Below, piece by piece: positions 40,054 through 54,694 of a stretch of DNA of 64,000 nucleotides (positions are counted from its first letter, which is position 1; the number at the start of each line of letters is the position of its first letter). The stretch covers positions 107,198,001-107,262,000 of the forward strand of contig OX597822.1 of the NCBI GenBank assembly GCA_951406725.2. Reading direction: 5' to 3'. Source of the DNA: Octopus vulgaris. Taxonomy: Eukaryota. A model generated the notes under the pieces. That model searched no databases and had not been told where the DNA came from. It was given only the letters and a program-made list of their open reading frames with translations. The position numbers were made by a program, and so were the translations under genes.

Positions 40054-41726
40054 TACCTTATAATTTATTTATTAAAAATGACTTTTAGTGGGGTAGGGTA
40101 TATTAACCAAAAATAACTATAAATTAATGTGATGTCAGGGATTTTAATAAATTTCATAAATTGCAAGTTAAATTAGATGGACCACTAAACATTGATGCCC
40201 ACGCGCTGTCAGTTGATTTGCTTTTAGTCGTATTAGAAGTTTCCAGAATGTGCATTTGATTCATGCGATTAATCAGATGATTGAGTTAAGGGACTCTCTG
40301 CTTTAGGAGAACTTTAACTTCCTGCAAAACCACGAGGTGAAGATTAATTTGTATTTCCTGGTCTTAAAATGTTACATCATATAAATTAAATGAAATACTG
40401 CTAAAATGTAAAAGGAACACCTGCTTCAAGTCGGCATTCTTTGGCTATTACTACAAAATTTCTGTTTATTTTGTTTCTATATTCTTTTCCGAGCATTTCC
40501 ACATTACCATGGTCATACAAATAGTTCCTTCTCCATTTTGGCGATTGGATTCAATTGACTAACTTCACAGGCCCGCATTTCTTCTCTTCGATTTCGACTA
40601 AACATAATAGGTACGGCACTGCCACATTCCATATTCCTGAACCGAGTGTTGTGTGGCAATGTTGTATTGCAGTTACCCTACTGAGCGTAATAAATGGGCG
40701 AGGCTAAAATGTGGTTTTACCCTTAATTTATACGCCAAGAAGAAAATGGAGTGATGTACATCAACTGTTAGACATTATGTTATATCTATTTATTTGTTTT
40801 AAACAAATATCAGAATATATAAATGTCTTGCAAACAACTTGCACATGCAAATGCTACCAGTTAAAATCTCCGTATACCGGAAGCTAGCAAGTGTATGGGG
40901 TCATCAGGAGAGAATGCGCGCCGTTTCGGGGCCTACCTCTCGACGGCATCAATGCGCCCCGCCCCCCCACTCACTCAAATGAGGCCCCGCTTGCTAGATC
41001 AGCTGGTTATGAAGAACTCAATATACTTCTAGCCATGTGTAAAGATTGTTTTTTACATATATGAAGTACCAGTAATTTCTAGAATAGAGAAAGAAGAACA
41101 GGTGTACTAAGCGTCAGGTATAGAAATGACAGGTGTACTAAGCGTCAGGTATGGAAGTGATCGCAGAGCGACATTAAATATCTACATTTATACAAAATAC
41201 GACAAAATGAAACTGCTAAAAAATTCCACAAAATGTAAAGTCTACATTAGAGAAAAAGAAATTACTTCCAGTGTTGCAGGAATTCACTTCATGAAACCCA
41301 TTTTATTTAAGACGTTGGGAACATAGAATCAAATAATTGTAGTGGACCGTTATTATTATATACACAAGTGGCTTAAGGCAAATGAACAGTAACGAGAGAT
41401 AAGTAATTTTGAATGAATAGCTTATGGTGAAAAGAAAGTTGTTTTGGGTATATACAATCAGTTTGCAAAGGTTTATTAGCATCGTGAGAAGTGAAATATG
41501 TTTTTTCAGTGAAAGAGACTTGTGATTATATATCATACTAATTACACATACTAATGGAGTACTAAATTATTCCACAAACTTGTAGCTAGGAATTATATCT
41601 ACGCTTAAGAGAGAACTGAATGAATTGTTAGATTGAATTATTATAATGTTGTTATTCTGATTTTCGAACGACGTTAATGTAACAAATTTGTAGGATTGTT
41701 TAATACTGCACTGGAATATGTTTAAC

Positions 41727-41814
<88 letters not shown>

Positions 41815-41858
41815 AGAAGGTTGAAAAGGAACACACGAGTTGATATATATATATATAT

Positions 41859-42557
41859 GTAGAAAAAAGTCAAGGTAAAAAATGCTGAAATAATTTTATA
41901 AAAAACATTTGAGTACCGGTTAGAAGCAGATATATACTCTAAGCAGTCTCTACTGTTCAACTCATGCCACCCCAGACACACCGGAATAAATATCCCCTTC
42001 AACCTAACAAAAAAGGATATATACTATAGCTTCTAATGCAAGCACCAGGGACGCACGACTACATGCATTAAACGATACACTCATCACCAGGCACTACCCA
42101 CCTTCACTAATCGACATATGCTTTCAACGTGCCCTACAACTCAACATCTACGAATTCAGACATCCCAGATTAAAGAAAGATTTAGAACCAAAAGCCCTAC
42201 CATACATCACACACAACCCTCTTAAAAATGAAGCCTTCGGCATCATCCTGGAGAACATCATCCAGCTAAAAAGGACCACAGAATGTACTTAATCCTCCAA
42301 ACACACACCATCATAAAAAGCAAGAGACAGCCCAAATCTATAAAAAGTTTCCTAACATAAGCCCGAATACGCTCAACTGAAACCGTCAGTAAAAAAATGT
42401 TTAAGACCCAACTGTGGAATATGCGTCAATTTAATTCAGGGATCAACTTTAATTGTTTTCCATACTTACACTTGAAAAAGTTTCAATGACCGAAACCGGT
42501 ACTGAAATGTTTTTTATAAACTTATTTTATCATTTTCTACCTTGATTCTTTTTCCAC
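41859..42557 (+). mobile_element. Penelope-like retroelement relic: inverted partial terminal repeat (41859-41921), ORF fragment (41929-42450) and a hammerhead-bearing terminal repeat
   Basis: Motifs SKQSLLFNSCHPRHTGINIPFNL, RLHALNDTLITRHYPPSLID and KKCLRPNCGIC. 41859-41921 is the reverse complement of 42494-42557. Microsatellites flank both ends. Confidence 0.88.
42466..42507 (+). ncRNA. Second, more decayed copy of the U3-A8 hammerhead motif
   Basis: CAC-TTGAAAA-AGTT(TCAAT)GACC-GAAAC-CG-GTA-CTG. Confidence 0.62.
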
Positions 42558-42676
42558 ATACATACATACATACATACATACATACATACATACATACATA
42601 CATACATACATACATACACACACACACATACATACATACATACATACATACATACATACATACATACATACATACA

Positions 42677-42712
<36 letters not shown>

Positions 42713-43237
42713 TATATGCACATTATTTTTATAATGAAGCATTTGAAAGTATCCACCTATCACAAAGTATATAGGGAAAATACCTTATTTAAATATATGG
42801 ACGAAATTCACTTCCAGATAACATTTCCCAATATCTCATCTTTAGAAGAATTATATTAGCTAGACATCATGTCAAAGCCCAACACTAGGATACACACTTG
42901 ATGTCTTAGTCGTAGCCAACAGTAAAACATTATAATTTTAATTTAAACCCAAAAGTTTTGAGGTAAGGCGAATTATGGATATAATCGACTTAACGGCGAC
43001 CGTATATAGTATCTGGATGAAAATAAAGTAGACGCCAACTGGATTTGAAATTAAAGCATAAAGAAGTGGAATAGGGCAAATAATTTTTTTTTACTGTCTA
43101 ACTCTTCTATTATTGCTCTTAAAGATTCAGTTGCCGGAAGTATGAAAGCTCTGCGAGGAGAAGTACCTTTTTTTTCCTTAAATATAACACAAGATTATAC
43201 GAATATGTGAAACGCACGTAGAAATACACGTACATAT

Positions 43238-43280
<43 letters not shown>

Positions 43281-43313
43281 GATAAATACCAAACTATTCA
43301 TTGTGTATTCAAA

Positions 43314-44281
43314 TTCTTTACTACCCACAAGGGGCCAAACATAGAGGAGACAAACAAGGACAGGCAAGCGGATTAAGTCGATTATTTCGACCCCAGTGCG
43401 AAACTGGTACTTTATTTATCGACCTCAAAAGGATGAAAGGCAAAGTCGACCTCGGCGGAATTTGAACTCAGAACGTTGCGACAGACGAAATACCTGTTTC
43501 TTTATTACCCACAAGGGGCTAAACACAGAGGGGACCAACAGAGACAGACAAAGGGATTAAGTCGATTACATCGGCCCCAGTGCGAAACAGGTGCTTTATT
43601 TATCGACCCCGAAAGGATGAGAGGCCCAAGTCGACCTCGGCGGAATTTGAACTCAGAACGTAACGTCAGACGAAATACCTATTTCTTTATTACCCACAAG
43701 GGTCTAAACACAAAGGGGACAAACAAGGACAGACAAACGGATTAAGTCGATTACATCGGCCCCAGTGCGAAACAGGTGCTTTATTTATCGACCCCGAAAG
43801 GATGAAAGGCCCAAGTCGACCTTGGCGTAATTTGAACTCAGAACGTAACGTCAGACGAAATACTTATTTCTTTATTACCCACAAGGGTCTAAACATAAAG
43901 GGGACAAACAAGGACAGACAAACGGATTAAGTCGATTACATCGGCCCCAGTGCGAAACAGGTGCTTTATTTATCGACCCCGAAAGGATGAAAGGCCCAAG
44001 TCGACCTGGCGTAATTTGAACTCAGAACGTAACGTCAGACGAAATACTTATTTCTTTATTACCCACAAGGGTCTAAACATAAAGGGGACAAACAAGGACA
44101 GACAAACGGATTAAGTCGATTACATCGGCCCCAGTGCGAAACAGGTGCTTTATTTATCGACCCCGAAAGGATGAAAGGCCCAAGTCGACCTCGGCGGAAT
44201 TTGAACTCACAACGTAACGACAGACGAAATACCGCTAAGCATTTCGCCCGGCGCACTAACGTTTCTGTAAGTTCGCCGCCT
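43314..44281 (-). repeat. Tandem array of five SINE family B units (period about 185 bp); only the 5'-most unit has the head
   Basis: Unit starts on the plus strand at about 43314, 43495, 43680, 43865 and 44049. Confidence 0.93.
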
Positions 44282-45439
44282 ATACTATTCATCGTGTATT
44301 GTCTAAACCCGATTCTCCACTAGCGATTCTGACTCTTTCTTTCGCAGTACATTACAAGTGTAGTGTAATAAAATCATGCTTTCTTTCAAACGATTCCCAC
44401 TGTTCTTTCCTCACTACACTTGCAGCACATTGCCATATATTTGGTATTTACAGGCAAACAAAAATAAAACAAAAACAAAAGAAAGACACAAAATAAATGA
44501 AACGAGAGACGACTCCTAAATGGTTTTTTTGTTTGCAGAATTTATTATTTCTAATGACATTTCAGGAATTTTATATTTACTGGCAAATCAGAAAGAAAGC
44601 TTAGTTGGAAACTAAATTTATATAATTAAGTTAGGATATAAAAAAGACAATTCTGATCGAACCATTAAGCTTAACATGATTCTTTAATGCAACTTGTCTT
44701 ACTAATTCTTCGAGCTCGAAGCTCGAATTTGCAGGCTCCTGCTATTCAATAAATCGTTTATACGTCACCTTATCTTTCTATCCTGCTTTTAATTTTCTCT
44801 ACTCCTCTCATTTGAAAAGTTCGTAACGTGATATAAAAAAGCTATTTAACACATCATTTAGTTGAAACGAGTTCTTAATTACTCCTTAATCCTCTAGGGC
44901 ATCAGGAACTGAAAGACATAAGCTATATATATTTATCCTCCGAATGAATTGGGTTTTTTTTTCATTCGCAAAATACTTAACATTGCACTTTTAACTCCCT
45001 CTGCAATTAACTACTAGTGTAATGTGCTAGGAATAATTTTTTGTAGTAATCATAGAGTTAAAGGAGTGTACTAACCGTTAAATGAAGCAGAAAGTGACGA
45101 AAAGGCAAGATAGAAAAAAAATCCTGAATGGCATTTTGTCTCTCTTTTACGTTCTGAGTTCAAATTCCACCGAGGTCGAGTCTGTCTTTCAGCCTTTCGG
45201 GGTTGATAAAATACTGGGGTTGATGTTATCGATTGGGATCATTCCACAAATATTTCAAGCCTTGTATTTATTGAAGAAAGGATTATTATTATTATTATTA
45301 TTATTAAGGCGTCGAGCTGACAGAACGGTTAGCACGCTAGACAGAATGGTCAGCAGCATTTCAAACGGTTTTACGTTCTGAGCTCACATTCCACTGAGAT
45401 TGACGTTGTCTTTTATTCCTTTGGAGTCAATAAAATAAT

Positions 45440-45672
45440 TATTTCTTTATTGCCCACAAAGGGCTAAACACAGAGGAGACAAACAAGGACAGACAAACGG
45501 ATTAAGTCGATTACATCGACCCCAGTGCGTAACTGGTACCTTATTTATCGACCCCGAAAGGATGAAAGGCAAAGTCGACCATAGAGGAATTTGAACTCAG
45601 AATGTAGCGGCAGACGAAATACCGCTAAGCATTTCGCCCTTGCGTGCTAACGTTTCTGCCAGCTCGCCGCCT
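45440..45672 (-). mobile_element. SINE family B full-length copy nested in older plus-strand family B fragments (45145-45430)
   Basis: Consensus match. ggagtcaataaaataat is duplicated on both sides, at about 45423 and 45676. Confidence 0.88.
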
Positions 45673-46417
45673 TATGGAGTCAATAAAATAATAACCGGTT
45701 GAGTACTGGCGTTATTGTAATCAACTTACCACCCTTCTAAAAAAAATGAAAGGCCTTATGCTTATGTAGAAAGTGGGAAAAAAACAGGAACATTAACAGT
45801 TTCGAAATGTATTGCCAGAATTTTATTCCTTCAATTTCCATAACGATAGCTGTGTGGCTAATGTATAGCAATGTTGTCTTAAATAGAAAAAAAGAAAACT
45901 TTCGTGATTCGCGATAGATTTTTGGAATGATGGATGCAGGATTTCACTTACAGAGTAAAGTGAGACTGATTACAATGTTCCGCCTAAGGACGAGATTTCA
46001 TCCTCATCGCATCGTATAAGGACTACTGTGTGTCGCAGATGATGTATGTGAATGTGTTGCCAGAAACAAATATCGTGTTTTGTGATGGGTGTCTCAGCCG
46101 ATGAAGAAAACAAAGCTACTGTTCAAGAAATACACAAACACCTTAAATCTAGTTAGCGATATGTTTGAATAACACGGTTCAATGGATCGGAAGAGGCCCT
46201 AAGCAACCATCGATATCGAGTAGACTCAGATGATAGGGATTGGGAAAGGTAACAACGCCTGTTTCTACATGTGTGATGCTGCAATTAATTTTGGGTGTTT
46301 GTGCTGAAAGCTAAAAGGTATAGAAGGGGTGGCGCCTCCGTTCCCGGCGCCAGTGCTGCTGGTGCCACTACTGTCGGCGTCACTGCTGCCAGTGCAACAA
46401 ACACGGCAGCAACGACA

Positions 46418-46810
46418 GTGGAGGCGCAATGGCCCAGTGGTTAGGGCAGCGGACTCGCGGTCGGAGGATCGCAACTTCGATTCCCAGACCGGGCATTGTG
46501 TGTGTTTATTGAGCGAAAACGCCTAAAGCTCCACGAGCCTGCGGCAGGGGGTGGTGGCGACCCCTGTTGTACACTTTCGCTCCAACTTTCTCTCACGCTT
46601 TCTTCCTGTTTCTTGTCCCCGACTTCCTACGCAACCGCTGAGCCCGGATGCGCATTCATCCATCACTCGATGCTCTCGGTGTCGGGGGTTGACCTGCTTT
46701 CTCTTCTGTGGCTCTTACGAATAGCAAAGGACCACGTTTCGGACTTCTCCCACTACAGAGGCGCGATCTTGCGAGCTCTGGGACGAAGACCACTTCGCAC
46801 CACAAACAAA
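46418..46810 (+). mobile_element. SINE family D copy (tRNA-derived head)
   Basis: Head gtggaggcgcaatggcccagtggttagggcagcggactcgcgg...ttcgattccc. The head is homologous to the reverse complement of 61357-61496. Confidence 0.82.
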
Positions 46811-47085
46811 GAAACAAACACGGCAGCAACAACAACAAACCGGTAATGGAAATAGTATTCATGACATAAACAGAAGTCCTAAGACCGGAAACAAAGAAAG
46901 CAACATCAAGTGACAATAGATAATCAGAAGTTAGAGCGAACTCAATACCAGCAGTGAAAATAATAACATGAGAAATAGATGGGGCAGGAATTACAACTAC
47001 AGCAAATGAAGTAACAAGTACCACAAGAACGACCAGAAATATTTCCCAGCAGTTCACTCAAAATATCACACATATTATATACATA

Positions 47086-47475
47086 CAGGAGTGGCTGTGT
47101 GGTAAGTAGCTTGTCTACCAACCGCATGGTTCTGGGTTCAGTCCCACTGCGTGGCACCTTGGGTAAGTGTCTTCTACTATAGCGTCGGGCCGACCAAAGC
47201 CTAGTGAGTGGATTTGGTAGACGGAAACTGAAAGAAGCCCGTCGTATATATGTATATATATATATGTGTATGCATGTGTGTGTTTGTGTTTGTCCCCTAG
47301 CATTGCTTGACAACCGATGCTGGTGTGTTTATGTCCCCGTCACTTAGCGGTTCGGCAAAAGAGACCGATAGAATAAGTACTGGGCTTACAAAAGAATAAG
47401 TCCTGGGGTCGAGTTACTCGATTAAAGGCGGTGCTCCAGCATGGCCGCAGTCAAATGACTGAAACAAGTAAAAGA
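47086..47475 (+). mobile_element. SINE family A full-length copy
   Basis: A-box tggctgtgtgg, B-box ggttcagtccc, CORE-like ccttgggtaagtgtctt, an internal microsatellite and a LINE-like tail. Confidence 0.93.
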
Positions 47476-48357
47476 GAAAGAGATATATACAGGCACAAAC
47501 ATAATGGATATAACCTTCTGCATTGGCTAATACAACTCCAGGAACACATGAGACACGTCAATACAGCCAGAAATATTTCCCAGCAGTTCACACAACATGT
47601 CACACATATAAACACATATATACAGACACAAACATATTTCTTGTAACCTTCCACCTTGGCCAATAATAAAACAATAATTAATAACAGACTGGGGAGTGTT
47701 TACAATATAACATTAATACCAGTTGATCAGTTTCTCCTTCTGTTATTGATAAGACAATCTATGAACGTATGGCTTTATTTCAATTTAGTTGTTATTGCTG
47801 TAATTATTATTTTATGAACATATTTACTCCCATATCTATACGGCTTTATTGTACTCACGTCTATATCCTTTCTATTTTTATAATCGAGTGACCATTATGC
47901 ATTGTTGTTATTGAAACTTGATCAATTATCTTCAGTTCGCTTTAGTTTGAATACAATAAAAATTATTGAATTCAATTTAATTGATATCATTTAAAAGTGA
48001 GGATGTTAAAACTGAAATAAATAAGAGAGAACAAAGAAACAAATACTGTACTATAGCAGAATTACAGGAAGATGTTTACATAACAGGTGAATACATATGT
48101 TTATACACACGGGTATAAATATGTATATGTATGTATTCATATTTTATGTAAACAACTTCCACTAATTCAGCTAGAATGCGTTAAATTTATTTTTCTGTCA
48201 TTCATTTTAGTTTTAACATTGTCACTTGTAGATATCAAATAAATTGAATTCAATACATACATACATACGTACATACACACATACATGCATACATACATAC
48301 ATACATACATACATACATACACATATATATATATACATGTATATATGCATGTATATT

Positions 48358-48404
<47 letters not shown>

Positions 48405-48423
48405 GTATATATGTATGTATATT

Positions 48424-48474
<51 letters not shown>

Positions 48475-48615
48475 GTATATCTATCACTCAATTGATCTAT
48501 CTATCTATCTATATATATATATATATATCATTCAAATTACATTTAGCATACACGCATGAATATATATATGTATGTATACATATATATGTCTATATTCAAA
48601 TATATATATATATAT

Positions 48616-48661
<46 letters not shown>

Positions 48662-49254
48662 GTCTATATATGAAAATCAATACTTTATGGCGACGTGGCG
48701 ATGTTGCGTTACTATTGTAAGTCTATGGCTTATGTGCTTCTACGATTAAACATATTCATCTATTATGTTACGGACATAAAATTATATGCTGAGAGGTTTG
48801 GCAGAGATTTCTGGCTTCTAGCTTAGCAAGACGGAGACACTGATTCACCTTCATTTAGCGATGTTAATCTGTTTATGACTCATCCAATTTAATTCATAAG
48901 AACATGAAATCATACACCCCCAAGACACACAATAACGAACGCAAATACTCATACATCAATACGCGTGCGCGGTCACACAGACACACAGAAACACAGACAC
49001 ACACACACATACACACAGACGTACACACGGACTCAAGCATACTTTTTGCTATGAGCGATAGAATCAGTATTAGTTCAAGATACAAATCTGTATCATACTC
49101 AAAGCAGATGCATTGTTGAAAATGTAAAACATTTCTGATATTTGTCCCGAGAAAGCATCTATTTAAAATGTATATTAAATACGTTTATAATTGATAGTAT
49201 TGCAGAACGAATATCACTAATTACCAGGCTTTCTCGTAATGGAGTAGCGAGTTC

Positions 49255-49585
49255 AACTTACGGGGACGTAAACAAGAGCTGACGGGTGACAAATACAGAT
49301 ATAAAGACACACACACACACACACACACACAAATATATATACATATATATATATTACTCATTTACTCATTTACTCATTTATGTATATGTATGTATATACA
49401 TATACGCATATATGCACAAATATACGACGGGTTTTATTTAGTTTCCGTCTCCCAAAATCCACTCAGAGGACTTCGGTTGGCCCAAGGTTATAGTAGCGGA
49501 TAATTGCCCAAAGTGCCGAGCAGTAGGATCGATCACGGAACTATGTGACTGGAAAGCAAGCCTCTTTCACACAGCAACGCCTGCA
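49255..49585 (-). mobile_element. Diverged SINE family A copy
   Basis: Partial consensus match. Confidence 0.75.
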
Positions 49586-49601
49586 CGTGTAAATATATAT
49601 G

Positions 49602-49665
<64 letters not shown>

Positions 49666-49829
49666 ACTTATAAATATGTACACACATACACATATACATA
49701 TACGAACGCGCACGCATATATACTTGCAAATATTTTTTTATTAGCTATTTCCGGTTGAGTGTTGTTCCAGAATATATAATTTAAGTGAACAATGAGTGAT
49801 CCCCTCAGCTCTTAATTCAGCAGTGTTCT

Positions 49830-50480
49830 CTTCTGACAATTAATAGAAATCCTGACATGAATACGATGCCAAGACTTTTCCATGCAACGTACCAAGTTTT
49901 AATACACATACTTGAGATCAATTCTGGAACTGCAGTTGTCAGAATCTCGTGATTATTTTTATTATAACTATGACGGACCAGTCTTGTAATTCCTCTCAAA
50001 GAAAATCCATAGCACTTTATGCTAAATTACTTCAACACCAAGAAATATATTAAAGAATTTATTCTTTTATTCTCCTGTGGCATAAATGCTTGATCCTGGA
50101 TGTCAACCAGTTGAAAGCTATTGCGTTGATCGCAGTTTTGTAGATTACAAGGTTTAATTTAATAGAATCTTGGGACTTCCTTTCCATACATATTATTCTC
50201 AAGTACAAGAAAGTGCGATTTCTGTAGCATGATCGAAATTAAAGGGCATCGATTTTGGTTGATCCTTTGTAGAGACTAAGTTTTGGAGGATTTAATCTAG
50301 AAGCTTATAAGAACGGTAAATTAGAAGGAACATTAGAGTCGGATTTTATATGTTTAAGTCTTTAAGATCTACCATTCAGCACTTGAAGCTCAAATTCTCG
50401 GCCTGTTAATTTTTCATGTTATATTATTGGACATGGATAGAATATTGGTCAATTATATACGTTTTTCAATTCCATTAGCC
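49830..50480 (-). pseudogene. Possible decayed Ty3/Gypsy pol relic (RNase H to integrase)
   Basis: The order LTGREFELQ, YKGSTKIDAL, GITRLVRHSY, SWHRIHV resembles GRxFxL, NADAL, GIxRMK and PWxRIHxD. Confidence 0.4.
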
Positions 50481-52560
50481 ACTCTGCAACTACCCAGCTT
50501 TGCAACAACTAATAATAATGAAAAAAAGTGAACCGATGCAAGCATAATCCAGCCGTTATAGCCTCGATATATTAAATATATTAATCTGTACCTTAGATTA
50601 TACATGTTTTAAAAGTAATTATACTGAAACTCATTGGCTATTTGAGTTGTTGATTAACCCAAGCCAGAACTCACCGAGCAGTTTTACGAGGAAAAGTCAT
50701 TCCAGAACTGACCACCACTTTGTATTCAGTTTTACTATATCAGTAATATATTATCCAATATGTCCATTCTTAGTTTCCTCTTCATAAAATTCAATAAAGA
50801 ACCATAAGACGAAGGAAATTCTGATGCATATTGATATATTACACTTCATGAATACGGAATATATTTCAGATATAATGTGTATTCTGGAGACAGCAGAAAT
50901 CACACTAAAGTTTATGTTACAGATTGTTAAATTACGAATGATATTTTCCCTTAAATGTGTGTTGTGTTACTTGAGTTTATTAGCCCCATGTCAAATATGA
51001 GCAGGTTTTCTATCACGAGTGTTTATAGTTTCGAAGCGAGCGTCAATCTTCCACAAATTATTTTACGTGCCTATGTAGTTACCAACAGAGAAAGGCATCA
51101 TTTCGGTGTCTTTCAGTTTGACGCAGCAGAACATCCAGGATATGCCAGCCTAGATGGAAAGAGAGAAAGAAAGAGAGAGAGGGGGGAAAGGGCAAGAGCA
51201 GGAGAGAGGTAGAGAGCGCGATACAGAGAGAAAGGGAGAGAGCTACACCAGTTTGTAGCTAGTACTCATTACAACTGACTAGAGTAGTGTAACAAGAAAT
51301 AAAGTGTCATTCTCAAGGACATAACTCACCGACAGTTCTCGTATTTGAACTCGTGTCCTTATGGTCATGAACCGAAACCCGTAACACCAGCAGCTTAATA
51401 TAATCAAGTATTCCAGACATTTCCATCCTGCTATTTTAAAGTTTAGATGGAGATATGATTATTTAATATAATCTTCAGTTTTAAAGGTATTTAAGGAGAG
51501 TGAGATTTAGCAACTATTTCTAGCATGCCAAACAACTACAAAAACTCGTCCTTGGCTAATTGGCCCAGATGAGATCGTGGAGAGTAGGGTGGAGGGTTTT
51601 AGTTATTGTTGGCAATATTCAAACTCATCCTTCTACATCGATATTGCAAATTCCAATGGGAGCGATTTTATTCTTTCCTTTTCCGTACAAAATCGATAAA
51701 ATAAATATTGTTTTTGATTCAAGCGATTCACCTCTCCCTTTACAAAAATTAAGCTTGTGTATGCTTAATCAAAAGAAATCATTATCTCATCAAATTGGCA
51801 TTATAACTGAACTTTTTCCACCTATAATGGGCAACGTATCGCTTCTCTGGAATTGTTATATAATTTATGGTTACTTTACGATCATCAGTGCCGCGGTAAT
51901 AAGGTTAGCTTAATTCATTCTGGAAACAAAAGTTTGATATTGTGGTTAAAATTTCATTATTTCATCAAAAAACAAAAATCTATCATATTGGATATTGTCC
52001 AAATCCAGGAACAATAGATACTATGATTGCTGGCGAGGAATACAATTGATTAGATGTAGATATTTACGGTTTGTTACACACATGGAAGAAAATATTCAGA
52101 ATGCCAGTCGTAGGTTTTTAACAAACAACTAAACAAAAGCCAAAAAAAAAAAAAAAAACAAGCAAGGAAAATAAAAAATGAAGAACAAAAGAAGCAAAGC
52201 TGACGGAATCTACGATACAATCACGAGAAACGTGATGGAATTCTTGTGGTAAAAACGAAAGGCTTAGACGTGGTGGAATAAAATAAGCCAAATCACATTG
52301 AATTAGTTTTGATGAAGAATATTTGCATTAAGGACGACATAGCAATAAAATCAGTGAGTGGTCACTGAGGTTTGAAACTTGTTACAATAATAAGATGAAT
52401 AATATACAGGGAGACGCATCGACATACAAGCGCGGGATTTCCCATGATCCATCGTATCAAAGGGAAAACATTGAATAGATTAGGACACCGTGGTGTATCC
52501 GGGTGAAATCAATTTGGGAGAGATTATCTGTCTTCAGAAAGTAGGTATGTATGTAACTTA

Positions 52561-52895
52561 TTGAGACCTCCTTCGGTCATGACTGACCGTGGGATTGCAC
52601 CTAGAAATTTACCCTCCCCGGCACAAGTCCGGGCAAGATTATTTATGGAAGACCAGCAGTCGCCCATGCATACCGACCTCCCCTCTCCACGCCACCAGTA
52701 TTATCCAAGGAAAAGGCAAAGGGGCCGATACAGCTTGGCACTTGTGACATCGCAACCCATTTCTACAGCTGAGTGAACTGGAGCAACGTGAAATAAAGTG
52801 TCTTGCTCAAGAACACAACACGCAGCCCGGGCCGGGATTCGAACTCACAACCTCACGATCGCAAGCTCGACGCTCTAACCACTGAGCCATGCGCC
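52561..52895 (-). mobile_element. SINE family C-related copy
   Basis: Homologous to 12868-13167. Confidence 0.9.
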
Positions 52896-53244
52896 ATACG
52901 TGTGTAACAGAATTCAGGTTTACGACGCCCTCAGTTTTACAGCATCACAGGTATTACTTTGATGAAAGGTTACAACTTCGTCGCATCTGAGAAGACTTAT
53001 ACGGACCAAGGAACTGAAAGCTAAAAGAAATTGTTTTATTCCTGCTTTAGATTTATCAGTCAATCCGTCTATTTCCCTCTTTTCTGCGTTATCCATTACA
53101 TTTAGGAAGGAGAAACTTTGCATGATGGCTGGTTAGAAAGAAAAAAATAATCGCAGAATAAAACCTATTTAACTTCATTGCAACTGAAATCTCTTTCTAA
53201 TAATTCTATGCACAAATTCTATACAATATTATATGTGCGAATAT

Positions 53245-53266
53245 ATATGCACGTATGTATGTATGA

Positions 53267-53299
<33 letters not shown>

Positions 53300-53690
53300 T
53301 GTATGTATGTATGTGCGTATGTACGTATGTATGTATGTATGTATGTATGTATGTATGTATGTATGTATGTATGTATGTATGTATGTATGTATGTATGTAT
53401 GTATGTATGTATGTATGTTTGTATATATGTATGTATGTATGTGCGTATGTACGTATGTATGTATGTATGTATGTATGTATGTATGTATGAACGTATGTAT
53501 GTATGTGTGTATGTATGTATGTATGTATGTGCGTATGTATGTATGTATGTATGTATGCATGTATGTATGTACGTATGTATGTATGTATGTATGTATGTAT
53601 GTATGTATGTATGTATGTGTGTATGTGTGTATGTGCGTATGTACGTATGTATGTATGTATGTATGTATGTATGTATGTATGTATGTATAC
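53245..53690. repeat. Long imperfect (TATG)n microsatellite; similar tracts at 42557-42705 and 62972-63213
   Basis: Read directly from the sequence. Confidence 0.97.
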
Positions 53691-54694
53691 GCCAAAAAAG
53701 CGACTGAGGGCGCTATTCAGCACTACTCGGTGTGTAATTTACGTTAAATTGCAAGCTAATACCTAAAGAATATTTGCAATATTTGACATCACTAACCCTT
53801 TCAAGTTGTCTCATAATGGATTTTAAAAAAAATTAGTTTGTTGACAAGTTGGTTAATTAATCTTGTTTCATTTAAACAGAACGAAGATTCGATTATACCA
53901 TGAGTTAATATAGTAGTTAAGATATTAGTCATCAACACATTTTTGAACAATCTCATTAGGAAAGCTTAGAGATGGTTAGGAGCAGTAATCGTCATTTTTA
54001 CTTCACAAAAACACACATGTACTTACGCTCACGTACTAACAGGAATGCATTCACGATACAGAACGTTACCTACAGGCCATACCTCCATAATATGTATAAA
54101 TGTTTCCTTAGTTATTGTTGGAGAATGCGCTGTATGGAAATCGTTAAAGTCTCAAGAAAATGAATCCTGAATATACTCGATATAATGCGTACAAATAATA
54201 CACTTGGGAATGTTTTGAAATACTCCCCCATAATATAATAATACTGGGTTATTGTAACCAAATTGTGAACGACTCGGAGTTTCGTGTGGTGCAGTGGGTG
54301 AGTTTGTCCAATAGCAGGAACGTTTTACAAAGGAATTTCGAACTTTGTCACTTCATTCTGTTTCGACATTTAATATTTCTGGTAGAAAGATAATAGTTAC
54401 AGATTCTCTTTCTCATAAGACAATATCTCGAAACTCGATCTGAAGTAATCTGTTATCCTAAAACACTGGTGGCGATGAATCTTGGACTGATGGTATGACC
54501 TTTTGCAAAGATTCCATCATCACTTAAACTTTTGCACTTCATTTTATCTCCGCAAATACTACTTTTGGTATGCTGAACAATTCGACTTTTACAAGGTTTC
54601 TACGACGTTTTGTCACTCTAAAACGTATCACCACGTGAAAATGCAGCCTTGATTAAAACAATCCTCTACCTATTTCATGTTACAGAATTCTATA

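Noticed and set aside
40885-41000. GC-rich patch with GAAAC and CTGATGA on the minus strand as a type-II hammerhead
   Set aside because: The flanks that should form stem II (CCCC and CCCC) cannot pair.
46725-46765. GGA-GAAG-TCC-GAAAC-GTG-GTC on the minus strand of SINE D as a hammerhead
   Set aside because: There is no CUGANGA box and no stem I.
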